64,000 nucleotides of DNA from Candidatus Levyibacteriota bacterium (lineage in GTDB: Bacteria; Patescibacteriota; Microgenomatia; Levybacterales; UBA12049). Position numbers and translations under genes: made by a program. The stretch covers positions 1,029,404-1,093,403 of the forward strand of contig OY970292.1 in the NCBI GenBank assembly GCA_963716145.1, in the 5' to 3' direction. Positions 19,703-29,791 of the stretch are shown piece after piece. Below the pieces are notes generated by a model. The model worked only from the letters and a program-made list of their open reading frames with translations, had not been told where the DNA came from and made no database searches. Position 1 is the first letter of the stretch; each line of letters begins with the position of its first letter.

Positions 19703-22028
19703 GGGATTTTACAACTACGCTGATATTCTTAGGAAGAGTTGGGAAGAGGCTTGAAAGAAATAATATGTTTGGAGAAAATTTAATCTCAGATCCAGCGACT
19801 TGGGGGAGTGAACTTAGAATTTCTTTCGCCTCTTTCGCGGATTTATTTTTTAGCTTGTTGGCTACCTCATTATTGTCAATTTTTGGTAAAAGACCTGCAG
19901 TAATTTTAAGTTTTGCGTTAAGTTCTTTATCGTTTTTTACCTTAGCGTCTTTAATTTCGTTCTTCAAAGTTTCGTCAGCAAAGCTTATATCTTGTGAATA
20001 GTGATCTTTAAGAATAGATTTTTCAAAATTTTCCAAATCTTCATTTTGATAACTCATAGCCTCAAAATTTACTGTAGCATTTAATTTCACCTGCTTCGCT
20101 TCATCATCAACTCCTTTATCAAACTTCGGCTTCTCAAGAGTAGTATTTGAGAATCCGGGTAAGAGTGTTTCGTCGCTCCCTATTTTTTTGGAAAGATCCT
20201 CTGCTGCTTTTTTTTCAAGACTTTTGGGTAATTCTGACTTTAATTTTGTAAGATCAGCAGCGCTTACAACTGTTATTGTTTTTTTGCTTCCTCCCGAAAA
20301 GGCGCTGTCATTTTTCGCGGCAAGACTGCTGTTGCTGCCTACTGTAAATTTTGCAGCGGATGGAAGATTGGATTCAGTTCCTACATCTTTGGCGGTTACA
20401 TTTACCTGAGCTGTTCCTGGTTTGGTGCCCGAGAAAATATCCCCAGAGGCGGAGGCAATACTGATATCCTTATCGGTTGTAAAAATTAAGTTATTGTTTG
20501 ATTTAAGGCTAGTACCGCTACTAAGGGATACTGAACTGTCGGAATTATTGTAAATAGTTACGCTGCCTTTTGCCTTATTTCCTGTGTCTTTTTTGCCTGT
20601 AGCCTCAGTTGAAGTCTCACCATCGATGCTTGCTGAAACGCTATGAGCGGCAATAATATTTTTGGAAAAATCACTAGAGCCGGTTGTTGAAAAGGTAACA
20701 TTGGTATCTTGTGTAACAGCTTTTGGTTTAACAGATAAGACAACTTGAGCTTTTACATTATAAAAATAAAATATTGTAATTCCTATACCAATTATCAAAA
20801 TAGCCCCAATAATTATAAGGGGAAGTTTTAAGCCTTTATTTTTGGAAAAGAAACTTAATAGCCTACCTATCTTAGGAAGTGGAATTTTTGGTAAAGAGGC
20901 GAATATACCGGCAAATAGATTTTTCTTTCTTGTTGGTGGTAGTTTGTTTTCGCTGCTTTCGTCAGAAGATATTACGATAGGTTCTTCCTGCAATTCTGTA
21001 TGAAATGGTTTTTCTTCAATAAAGTCATCGATTTTTTCAAAATTATCACTTTCTATCTCAGAGGATTCTTCCAACTCTTTTTCCGAAGCAATTTCCACAA
21101 CCGCTGCTTTTACAGGCTGATTGGCAATATCTTGATCAAGGACAAAACCAAAATTCTCTACTACTGCTGGAGAGGGGGTTATTGGGAGAATATTTTCCTC
21201 CTCTTGGACTTGATCATTTTTTTCGTCAGTGGGGGTGGGCAATGGCGGGGTTTTATCTGACAAATCAAGCATCTCAAATCCCATTTGCTGACTGGCACCA
21301 TATGTTACAGCGCGACTCTCGTAATCTTCTGGTAGTACACTAACTTGAGGAACATGGAGAAAGGGTAATCCTTTGCTCCATTCATGATTCATAAAATGCT
21401 GAGTCAGTTCTTTTGCGCCTTTCGTATGAAAGAGAAGAATCTTGGTTGGGAGAACCGGGGCGGTAAAAGTTTTAAGCAGGTTATCAATTACGACAGGTAT
21501 AGAGTGTTCAATCGGACCTGAGCCGGATTCGCTTACTTTTCCTCCGCGAAAAAGTGTAACATGGGCTGTTTTTATGCCTGCTTCAATTAGGATTGCGGAA
21601 AGTGGGCTGCCCTCATCGCGCTGGATAATATTGGCAATGGCTTCATTTATTACCATAAATCCAATTGGAGATAAATCTAGTGCGTCGCACACATTCTTAA
21701 GTTTGGCAAGATATTCCTTTTTTATTTTTTTTGAATCCGGTTCAACCCAGCTTTCTTTTACGCCAAAGATTGTTTTATGGGTTTCTATATTTGGTGGTAA
21801 AACTTCCTCAGCTTTCGAAATAGTTTTATCAATTATCTTTACCAAATCTTCCTGTGGAATTGTTTCCAGCGGAGACGTAAAATGCTCGGTATGTTTGCCG
21901 ACAATTTTTATTTTTTCCGACTCCTCCTCCAGAATTACGCTGCTTGCCTTTTCATCATCCAGAATAAGAGCCAGATAATATCCTTTATCTGCTTTCTTGT
22001 TATTTAAAAATGGTATAGACAGCTTCAT
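19695..22028 (-). CDS. Large membrane protein: actin/FtsA-like N-terminal region, acidic linker, TM, baseplate-J-like C-terminal region
   Basis: YLALILDD, FGVKESW, EAIA..I, IEAG N-terminal motifs; KAKGSVTIYN and V.VTA...G...N C-terminal motifs. Confidence 0.55.
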   Translation of the reverse strand: MKLSIPFLNNKKADKGYYLALILDDEKASSVILEEESEKIKIVGKHTEHFTSPLETIPQEDLVKIIDKTISKAEEVLPPNIETHKTIFGVKESWVEPDSKKIKKEYLAKLKNVCDALDLSPIGFMVINEAIANIIQRDEGSPLSAILIEAGIKTAHVTLFRGGKVSESGSGPIEHSIPVVIDNLLKTFTAPVLPTKILLFHTKGAKELTQHFMNHEWSKGLPFLHVPQVSVLPEDYESRAVTYGASQQMGFEMLDLSDKTPPLPTPTDEKNDQVQEEENILPITPSPAVVENFGFVLDQDIANQPVKAAVVEIASEKELEESSEIESDNFEKIDDFIEEKPFHTELQEEPIVISSDESSENKLPPTRKKNLFAGIFASLPKIPLPKIGRLLSFFSKNKGLKLPLIIIGAILIIGIGITIFYFYNVKAQVVLSVKPKAVTQDTNVTFSTTGSSDFSKNIIAAHSVSASIDGETSTEATGKKDTGNKAKGSVTIYNNSDSSVSLSSGTSLKSNNNLIFTTDKDISIASASGDIFSGTKPGTAQVNVTAKDVGTESNLPSAAKFTVGSNSSLAAKNDSAFSGGSKKTITVVSAADLTKLKSELPKSLEKKAAEDLSKKIGSDETLLPGFSNTTLEKPKFDKGVDDEAKQVKLNATVNFEAMSYQNEDLENFEKSILKDHYSQDISFADETLKNEIKDAKVKNDKELNAKLKITAGLLPKIDNNEVANKLKNKSAKEAKEILSSLPQVAGSEIKFSPNILFLSSLFPTLPKNISVVVKSHE

Positions 22029-22033
22029 AAAAA

Positions 22034-22139
22034 AATTTTCAATTTGAAATTTTCAATTTTCATTGAATTTTCAATATTTTAAAATTTAATTTTTCAAATT
22101 TAGATTTCATTTCAAATTTTAAATTGTAAATTAAAAATT
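22034..22139. repeat. AT-rich 7-nt-periodic palindromic intergenic element, copy 3
   Basis: First 34 nt identical to copy 2; fills the spacer after the alaS stop codon. Confidence 0.88.
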
Positions 22140-23994
22140 ATCCAACCTTGGCGTATATTCTCCTTTGCCCCCGTCCTAGTGCTTCCTGCTTTATTATCTT
22201 AAACGATTTCAACTTTGATGTAAAATCAACATGTGGGCCTCCGCAAAATTCAATAGAATAAACGTCTTTCAGATTCTTTGAGCCCCCTCCGATAAAGTAA
22301 ATTTTAGAAGTGTCCTGATAGGTGTCTCCAAACAGTCCAATCGCGTTCATTTCCTTGGCTTTCTCAGTTGGGATCATTTCAAAATGTACCGGCAAGTTTT
22401 CTTTTATTTTTTCATTTACGGTTTTTTCCAATTTCGTTACTTCCTCATCTGTTAGCTTACGGTCGAAATTGAAATCAAATCTTACTCGCTCGGTTGTGAT
22501 GTTTGAACCGGTCTGATGAAGTTGTTTTCCAAACATATCCCGAAGCGCCTGGTGCATAAGGTGAGTTGCAGTATGTCCCATGATTGTCCGCTCCTGGTGA
22601 TCCGCAAGCCCGCCTTTGAATTTTTGCCCGGCGCCTGATTTGGATAAATCCTTATGTCCTTTCATTTTTTCTGCAAAGGCTTTTTGATCAAAAGTATATC
22701 CCAGGCTTTTAATTTGGGTTGGAGAAAGTCCATGAGTTGTATAAATAATAAAAGCGTCGTCTGCTGAAATCTCTATACTGCCCATTAGTTCGTCTCCTAC
22801 CTGTTTTGTTTTAGTATATTTCTTTGCAAGAAAACTTTGTGCTTTTTTCAGACCCTGCTTATATTTGTTAGTTTCTTCAAGAATCACATTTTTGATTTTT
22901 TCAAAATTTGTAACCAGATCCGGATCAGTTTGGCTATATTGTTCAACAATTGCTTCGATGATTGGATCCAAGCTTTTACCATCCAGTTTGCTAAAGCTGT
23001 CAACAGCTCTTCTTATTAATCTTCTCAAAATATATCCCTGCTCTGTGTTGGATGGAGTAACGCCCGCATTAACTATAAAGCAGGAAGAAGCAAGATGAGC
23101 TGTGATCATGCGCATTTCTCTGATTTGGTCTTTATAATCTTTTCCTGTTTGTTTTTCAATTGATTTTATTACCGGCGCGAAAAGGGAAGTTAAAAAAACA
23201 TCCGGTTGGTTTTCAGCAGCCATCAAAAGTCTCTCTGCTCCAGCTCCATGGTCAACGTTGCGTTGCGGTAGTTTGGAAAATGAGGAATCATCATTTTTCT
23301 TATATTCCATAAAAACATTATTGCTAATCTCAAGATATCTTCCGCAGTCACAATTTATATGACATTTTTTATTTTTATATTGAGAATTTTCGTGAAGTTT
23401 GAGTCCCGCCCCAAAGTCATAAAATATTTCACTGTCAGGTCCTCCAAGCTCACCTGCCGGCATATTTTCGGGAATTCCGGCCCGTGACCACCAATTTTTT
23501 TCAGGACCATACGGAAAAATTCTGTCTTTCGGATTAAGGTTTACTCCATTAAATATCTCAGTCCAGACCGAAATTGCTTCTACATCTTTTGGAAATTCTT
23601 TGTGCTCGGCAAAAACGCTTATATATAAATTTTCGGGATCTATTCCCAGATCTTTTGTAATATATTCAAAAATCCAGGGAAGCTGCTCTTTTTTAAAATA
23701 GTCGCCCAACGACCAGTTCCCAATCATGCGGAAAAATGTCAGGTGTCTATTGTCTCCAACCTCATCAATATCATCAAGCGCGCCCTGACCTCTAAATACA
23801 TTCTGCACATTTACAAATCTTTTCCCTTGTGGGTGTGGTTCTCCAGCAAGGTAAGGGATAAGTGGCTGCATGCCTGAGTTGGTAAATAATGTCGTTGGAT
23901 CATTGAGAGGCACAAGAGGGGAGTTGGGGATTCTTTTGTGTCCCCTTTTCTCAAAAAAAGCTATGTATTTATCAATAATCTCGTGAGCGGTCAT
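22138..23994 (-). CDS. alaS: Alanine--tRNA ligase (short form without the C-Ala domain)
   Basis: DPTTLFTNSGMQP, HLTFFRMIGNWSLGDYFK, editing motifs HTATH and EFCGGPH. Confidence 0.95.
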   Translation of the reverse strand: MTAHEIIDKYIAFFEKRGHKRIPNSPLVPLNDPTTLFTNSGMQPLIPYLAGEPHPQGKRFVNVQNVFRGQGALDDIDEVGDNRHLTFFRMIGNWSLGDYFKKEQLPWIFEYITKDLGIDPENLYISVFAEHKEFPKDVEAISVWTEIFNGVNLNPKDRIFPYGPEKNWWSRAGIPENMPAGELGGPDSEIFYDFGAGLKLHENSQYKNKKCHINCDCGRYLEISNNVFMEYKKNDDSSFSKLPQRNVDHGAGAERLLMAAENQPDVFLTSLFAPVIKSIEKQTGKDYKDQIREMRMITAHLASSCFIVNAGVTPSNTEQGYILRRLIRRAVDSFSKLDGKSLDPIIEAIVEQYSQTDPDLVTNFEKIKNVILEETNKYKQGLKKAQSFLAKKYTKTKQVGDELMGSIEISADDAFIIYTTHGLSPTQIKSLGYTFDQKAFAEKMKGHKDLSKSGAGQKFKGGLADHQERTIMGHTATHLMHQALRDMFGKQLHQTGSNITTERVRFDFNFDRKLTDEEVTKLEKTVNEKIKENLPVHFEMIPTEKAKEMNAIGLFGDTYQDTSKIYFIGGGSKNLKDVYSIEFCGGPHVDFTSKLKSFKIIKQEALGRGQRRIYAKVG

Positions 23995-24059
23995 GGTAAG
24001 GATAATTATAGCATGAATTAGTATTTTTTAAGAAGCGTAGCATGTGATAAGATAAAGCT

Positions 24060-25568
24060 ATGAATATCCTTTTTGTTTCTGCTGAAGTTGCGCCTTTTGT
24101 ATCGGTTGGCGGGTTGTCGCAGGTTACTTATTTTTTGCCGGAAGCATTGCGAAATTTTGGGCATGATGTAAGAATATTTACTGCAAAATATGGAACAATG
24201 GACGTTGTAGCTCCCAATAAAGATGTGGAATTGTCAACCGAATTCTCTCAACTGGCTGTACCTACAGGAGAAGATCCAAGCACCGGTAAGAATTTAATCT
24301 GCAATATATTGGAATATAAGGATAATGAAAGCAAAACAACGGCTTATTTTTTGGAAAACAGGGAGTATTATGAACTCCGTGCCAACGTATACGGATATAA
24401 AGATGATCATATTCGGTTCGCGCTTCTTTCAAAGGGATGTCTTGAGTGGCTATATCAAATACAGCTAACGGGTAATTGGTGGCCTGATATTATTCATTGT
24501 CACGATTGGCATACTGCTTATCTTGTTGATTTTGTTAAACGTAGTCCGCGGTATGCCTCAATCTTTAAAGATGTTCCGGTTGTTTTAACAGCACATAATT
24601 TTTCCTTGCAAGGTAATTATGATTTTCGTTATGGTGACCAGAAAGAATATGATGATGGGACTACTAAGTTGGAGCCGATTATTTCTTTAAAGTTTCAATC
24701 ACAAAATCCATTGATGCGCGGCCTACTTCTTGCTGATGCCGTTAACACAGTTAGTCCTACTCATGCGGTTGAGGTTCTGACTCCTCAATATGCCGAAGGA
24801 CTGGATGATGTTCTGCAAAAAATAAAAGGAAAGTTGACAGGAATTCTAAATGGATTAGACACAGATAGTTTTAATCCCATGACGGATAAGAATGTTAAGA
24901 AAAAATACGATATAAAAAATTTTGAAATCGCCCGCGCAGAAAACAAGAAATATCTGCAAAAATTGTTTGAACTTCCGGTTGATTCCGCCCGCCCGCTAAT
25001 GGCGTTCAGTGGAAGATTGGTTGAGCAAAAAGGAATAGATTTAATTCTTAAAGTACTGCCTCATCTTTTCAGTGAAAGGCCCGATGTGCAATTTGTTGTT
25101 TTGGGTTCGGGAAATGATAGGTATAGACTTGAGCTAACTGTTCTTCAGAAAAAATATCCGGGTCAGCTGGGTCTTCATTTGCGTCCTGATTTTATACTGC
25201 CAAGAAAGATTTTTGCCGGTGCAGATATGATGTTAGTTCCAAGCATTTTTGAGCCTGGTGGAATTGTGGCGCTTGAAGCTTTGAGATATGGGTGCGTTCC
25301 TATCGTAAGACGGACAGGCGGACTAAATGATATTGTAACTGATTTTAAATCAAATACAAAATCAGGTAATGGTTTTTCTTTCAACAATATCGATCCGTGG
25401 GCACTTTTTGGATCAATCATTGAGGCACTTACTATTTATGGTTCTCCTTTGCAGTGGGCAGATTTAGTAAAAAATTGCATGACATCTGATTTTTCCTGGA
25501 ATCACGCAGCGGTAGAATATGATTCTTGGTACAAAAATGTAATAAAGGAAAAATTATCAAAACGATAA
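24060..25568 (+). CDS. glgA: Glycogen synthase
   Basis: SAEVAPF..VGGL, HCHDWHT, GILNG, RLVEQKG, PSIFEPGG, RRTGGL.D. Confidence 0.92.
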   Translation: MNILFVSAEVAPFVSVGGLSQVTYFLPEALRNFGHDVRIFTAKYGTMDVVAPNKDVELSTEFSQLAVPTGEDPSTGKNLICNILEYKDNESKTTAYFLENREYYELRANVYGYKDDHIRFALLSKGCLEWLYQIQLTGNWWPDIIHCHDWHTAYLVDFVKRSPRYASIFKDVPVVLTAHNFSLQGNYDFRYGDQKEYDDGTTKLEPIISLKFQSQNPLMRGLLLADAVNTVSPTHAVEVLTPQYAEGLDDVLQKIKGKLTGILNGLDTDSFNPMTDKNVKKKYDIKNFEIARAENKKYLQKLFELPVDSARPLMAFSGRLVEQKGIDLILKVLPHLFSERPDVQFVVLGSGNDRYRLELTVLQKKYPGQLGLHLRPDFILPRKIFAGADMMLVPSIFEPGGIVALEALRYGCVPIVRRTGGLNDIVTDFKSNTKSGNGFSFNNIDPWALFGSIIEALTIYGSPLQWADLVKNCMTSDFSWNHAAVEYDSWYKNVIKEKLSKR

Positions 25569-25571
25569 AAT

Positions 25572-27245
25572 ATGATTGACAACTCAGCATGGTTTGAAGA
25601 GTTTCGTAAAAGTGAACATTTTACTTTTTTACAAAAAAAGCCTATTGCATACTTTTCTGTAGAGTATGCTCTATCTGATATTTTGCCAACTTACGCCGGA
25701 GGGCTTGGAGTTCTGGCAGGTGACTATATTCGGGAATTGGGAGATCAGCAAATTCCGGCAGTTGCGGTAGGACTTTTTTATCAAAACAAATATGGCGTAC
25801 TGGATATTCCTCACGCAAAGCAAAATTCTATTCCGTTAACTCCAGAGGAGCAGGGTTTGACACTTGTTCTTGATGAAAATAAAAAACCCATTATCGTTGA
25901 AGTACCCATTCAGGACCGACAGGTTTTTGTAAAAGCTTGGATGTGGCAGAAAAATAGTGTTCCTGTTTATCTTCTAGACACAGATGTTGAGGAAAATTCA
26001 CATGTGGACAGGCAAATAGTTTACCAATTGTACGATTCCGATAAAGAAACAAGATTAAAGCAAGAAATCATACTCGGAATAGGCGGATTTCGCTTGCTTG
26101 AAAAACTGAAAATAGAGCCGTCAATTTATCATATGAATGAGGGTCACTCGGCCATGCTTTATCTGGAAATTATCCGTCATGAGATGCAAAAGCGAAAAAT
26201 CAGTTTTAAAGACGCTATTTCACTTTCTACTCATCATGTTGTTTTTACCAACCACACACTCGTAGCATCAGGAAATGAGATATTTAGTAACGAATTATTT
26301 ACATTTTTATTATCGCGTTTTGCTACAGAGCTTGAAGTGCCAATGACAGATATCTTGTCGCTTGGGACAATTCAGGAGTCAAACAGCTTTTCAATGTCTC
26401 TGATGAGTCTTAAGTTAGCCGGAAAAATAAATGCAGTAAGCGTTCTTCATGCTAAAGAAGCTGCAAAATCCTGGTCTGATTATAAAATTGAGTCCGTTAC
26501 CAACGGTATTCATCTGCCATCTTGGGATAAAGCCAATAACCTACCGATCTCTCATCAGGAAAATAAAAAAACTCTTTTGGATTATATAAAAAAAGAAACC
26601 GGAAAGGAATGGGGAGAAAACGAGTTAATAATTGGTTGGGCAAGAAGAATGGTCCGTTATAAAAGACCGCTAAGTTTATTTGGAGATATTAGTAGATTCA
26701 AGACTATTACAACTGAAAAGACTCCAATTAGAATTGTAATGGGAGGTATTGCTCACCAGTCGGATGACGATGGACGGGAAATGGTTCAGCAGATAAAAGA
26801 AGTTATGCAGAAAGAGTTACCCGATACGGCTGTATTTTTAAATGATTATAGCGTTACTCTTTCTCGTCTTTTGACAACAGGTTGTGATATCTGGCTTAAC
26901 ACTCCTGTGATTGGGTCTGAAGCGTGCGGGACTAGCGGCATGAAAGCTTCTCTTAATGGAACCCTAACGATGAGTACGAAAGACGGATGGATTTACGAAG
27001 TAAATACGACGGAAATCGGATGGGATATAGATAGCGGAAGTGTTGAAAAAAGTATTTTGGATGTTTTTCAGCACGATATTTTGCCGATGTATTATGCCGA
27101 GGATAAAAGCCGCTGGGAGAGTCTTATGAAAAATTCCCGTAATTTAGTATTGAATAAATTTAGCACAACAAGAATGCTGAGGGAGTATTTTGAAAAATTA
27201 TACTTACCAACTATTACCGCCTCTTACACTCATTATTCCTCATAA
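25572..27245 (+). CDS. glgP: Alpha-glucan (glycogen) phosphorylase
   Basis: YAGGLGVLAGD, HMNEGH, FTNHT, ARR..YKR, EACGTSGMK PLP site. Confidence 0.92.
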   Translation: MIDNSAWFEEFRKSEHFTFLQKKPIAYFSVEYALSDILPTYAGGLGVLAGDYIRELGDQQIPAVAVGLFYQNKYGVLDIPHAKQNSIPLTPEEQGLTLVLDENKKPIIVEVPIQDRQVFVKAWMWQKNSVPVYLLDTDVEENSHVDRQIVYQLYDSDKETRLKQEIILGIGGFRLLEKLKIEPSIYHMNEGHSAMLYLEIIRHEMQKRKISFKDAISLSTHHVVFTNHTLVASGNEIFSNELFTFLLSRFATELEVPMTDILSLGTIQESNSFSMSLMSLKLAGKINAVSVLHAKEAAKSWSDYKIESVTNGIHLPSWDKANNLPISHQENKKTLLDYIKKETGKEWGENELIIGWARRMVRYKRPLSLFGDISRFKTITTEKTPIRIVMGGIAHQSDDDGREMVQQIKEVMQKELPDTAVFLNDYSVTLSRLLTTGCDIWLNTPVIGSEACGTSGMKASLNGTLTMSTKDGWIYEVNTTEIGWDIDSGSVEKSILDVFQHDILPMYYAEDKSRWESLMKNSRNLVLNKFSTTRMLREYFEKLYLPTITASYTHYSS

Positions 27246-27295
27246 GTCAATAATTGTTGACAACAAGGTAGGGAATTGGTATAAATCAAGTTAGT

Positions 27296-27529
27296 ATGTC
27301 AGTAGAAGTTCCTCATAGGGGAGAAGTAGTTTCAAGAGAAATTCATCTGCCAGGTTTTCGTTTAGGAAGAAATTTATCTGATTGGCTTGCTATTCCCAAA
27401 GACTCACCAGGGCGAACTGAGTATGCAAATGCAATAGCAGAAGTAGAGCAGGCAGAGCGTAAGGCAGCTCAAGTTGGCGAATCAGTTTTAATAAGAGGTT
27501 CTTCTATAGGAAGACGAAAAGCCGCTTAA
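27296..27529 (+). CDS. Small hypothetical protein
   Basis: 77-aa ORF just downstream of a TTGACA-17-TATAAA promoter. Confidence 0.55.
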   Translation: MSVEVPHRGEVVSREIHLPGFRLGRNLSDWLAIPKDSPGRTEYANAIAEVEQAERKAAQVGESVLIRGSSIGRRKAA

Positions 27530-27656
27530 TCTTCAACTCTTCAAACCCTGTACATAATCAAAAAGGTAGTAATTGGCCTGAGCTTAGAGTATAATTACAT
27601 TGCTCAGGATTGACAGTTGCTTTAAATTTAACCTAATATTTAAGGAGGTCGTATTT

Positions 27657-28634
27657 ATGAAAATCCCAACAGTTACATATAATGGTCTATCCTACATTAA
27701 TTTAAGTAAGCCCACAGAAGAAGAGGTAAAATTCCTCAATAAGAATTTCGGTTTTAGCATGCTTAATTTGGAGGATTATCTCTACAAAACCCAAATCCCC
27801 AAGATTGAAATTTACAAGGATTATTCGCTTCTTGTGATGGATATTCCCTATATTCAGCAGTCGCCCAAGCCGAAAAAAGAGCGACAAAGAATTTCCCTGC
27901 CAATATTTCCTAAAACAGGTAGAAAGAAACGTATAAGTGTCGGAGAGGTAGATTTCTTTATTGGAAAGGATTATGTTGTGGTATTGCATGATGATAGCAC
28001 GCCGCAAATAGATGAGTTATTTGAAATGTGTAAAATTACGTCAGCTCATAGGGAAGAGCTGATGGGTCGAGGACCTGTTTATTTGCTCTACCGTATAATT
28101 GATGCACTTGTCGACTCATCTCTCTCCTATATCGAAGACATCACAACAACTATTGATACAATTGACCGTCAAATTGAGGACAGTAGAACAGCATCAGTTA
28201 TTGAGGATATATCAATGACAAGGCGCAATATAGTTGTTTTTGAGACAATGATCAAGCCAGCCCTTCCTATTTTTGCGGATTTGGAAAAAGGTAAATACAA
28301 AGAACTCAATGGTGAAATGATGCAGTATTGGTCAAATATTCTGGACCATTTGCAGAAAATTTGGGAGCGCCTTGAAGATAATAAAGAGTTGATTGCGGGT
28401 ATCGCATCAAGTCATGAGTCTATACTTTCAAACCGCAGCAATGAATTGGTTAAGTTTTTTACAGTACTCACGGCCATGTCTTTTCCATTTGTCATCGTTA
28501 ACAATCTTTACTCTATGAATGTTAAGGGTTTGCCTTTCGCAAATTCTCCCTGGATAGTTTGGGTATTGTTTTTATTGATACTGGCTGGGGCAATGGTGGT
28601 GGTTGCTTATTTCAAATACCGCGAATGGTTATAA
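27657..28634 (+). CDS. corA: CorA family Mg2+/Co2+ transporter
   Basis: PKIE, LLYRIID, two C-terminal TMs with YSMNV (GMN variant); SD AAGGAGG before ATG 27657. Confidence 0.88.
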   Translation: MKIPTVTYNGLSYINLSKPTEEEVKFLNKNFGFSMLNLEDYLYKTQIPKIEIYKDYSLLVMDIPYIQQSPKPKKERQRISLPIFPKTGRKKRISVGEVDFFIGKDYVVVLHDDSTPQIDELFEMCKITSAHREELMGRGPVYLLYRIIDALVDSSLSYIEDITTTIDTIDRQIEDSRTASVIEDISMTRRNIVVFETMIKPALPIFADLEKGKYKELNGEMMQYWSNILDHLQKIWERLEDNKELIAGIASSHESILSNRSNELVKFFTVLTAMSFPFVIVNNLYSMNVKGLPFANSPWIVWVLFLLILAGAMVVVAYFKYREWL

Positions 28635-28635
28635 A

Positions 28636-29766
28636 TTAAGTTCTTACCTTAAGACTCTCTCCTTTGAAAACAATACTTTTTGGTTTAACTACAACTTGTC
28701 TTTCTCCTTTTTCAACATAACCAGCGTCAATACTTTCAAAACTATTTTTCTTTACAATTGCTTGTGCATTTTTTATATCTTTTTCCGGTAGATAAATTGC
28801 GTAATCCATCCCCATGTTAAATTCATCATACATTTCATAATTAGTTAGCCCTGCATGTTCCTGCATGAATAGAAATAATTCCTGAGGATCAAACATTTTT
28901 TCGATTATGTATGAATAGTCCTGCCTGGCGCGCATTAACTTTCTAAAACCATGGCCGGTGATATTTGAGATATAGTGAATATCAATATGTGCGTCCAGCA
29001 GTTCCTGTATAAGTTTGGTATAGATATTAGTTTTTTTAAGAATTGATTCACCATACATCTCACCGCTTTTTAGTTTTGTTGCATATCCGTCGGAAAGTCC
29101 TTTTGCAATTGCTCTTGCCAGCGACAGACCGTTTGCGTTAATTCCGGTACTCTTAAGAAGAAGTATCCTATCTCCTGATTTTAGATTTTTATCATTTATA
29201 ATTCTTTTTTTGTCTTTTATAATTCCAACACATGATCCTCCAAGAGCAACTGTATTAGGTGTAATTATTCCTTTGATTGTTGGTGTTTCTCCGCCTCCCC
29301 AACTGGCACCGGCAAGATCACATGCTGATTTCCATCCGGCAATTAGGTCAGTCATTCTCTCTGTATCCTGGAGCCAATCATTATTCTCAATAGCCCAATA
29401 AGCATGAAGTACAAGAGGCTGTGCTCCCACAGTCGTAAGGTCATTAATAATTGTCGCAACAGTATCGTGGGCAATAATATCATAATAAGTTTTTCCGGTT
29501 ATCTTGCGGGTTTCATCAGCGACTAGATTTTTGGTACCCAGTTGCTCAGCAACAGAAGCCATATAGACATCTCCCTGCTTCCAGACATATGCTGACTCGC
29601 CACGTGAATCGGAGACCTCTTCAAATCCATACTTTTTAAGATTTTCACCCGTTTTCTCAGCGGCTTTCTGGGCCAGAATTTTGATGGGGTCTTTGGTGTC
29701 GTAATTGTCGCCAACTTCAGAATATGTAATTTTCTGCTTTTTCATTTTCTTAATGTATTCTATCAA
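28636..29766 (-). CDS. purM: Phosphoribosylaminoimidazole (AIR) synthetase
   Basis: TYSEVG, LGTK, INDL, GGETP, SNITGHG, FNMG. Confidence 0.88.
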   Translation of the reverse strand: MIEYIKKMKKQKITYSEVGDNYDTKDPIKILAQKAAEKTGENLKKYGFEEVSDSRGESAYVWKQGDVYMASVAEQLGTKNLVADETRKITGKTYYDIIAHDTVATIINDLTTVGAQPLVLHAYWAIENNDWLQDTERMTDLIAGWKSACDLAGASWGGGETPTIKGIITPNTVALGGSCVGIIKDKKRIINDKNLKSGDRILLLKSTGINANGLSLARAIAKGLSDGYATKLKSGEMYGESILKKTNIYTKLIQELLDAHIDIHYISNITGHGFRKLMRARQDYSYIIEKMFDPQELFLFMQEHAGLTNYEMYDEFNMGMDYAIYLPEKDIKNAQAIVKKNSFESIDAGYVEKGERQVVVKPKSIVFKGESLKVRT

Positions 29767-29791
29767 TAATACACTTCAATTAAAAGGTTTG

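Noticed and set aside
15000-22139. Repeated AT-rich elements as a CRISPR array or simple terminators
   Set aside because: Copies are dispersed, not separated by spacers; no cas genes; no GC stem with a U tract
27577-27608. CCTGAGC...GCTCAGG inverted repeat upstream of corA as an Mg2+ riboswitch
   Set aside because: It lies upstream of the likely TTGACA promoter and is far too short for an M-box
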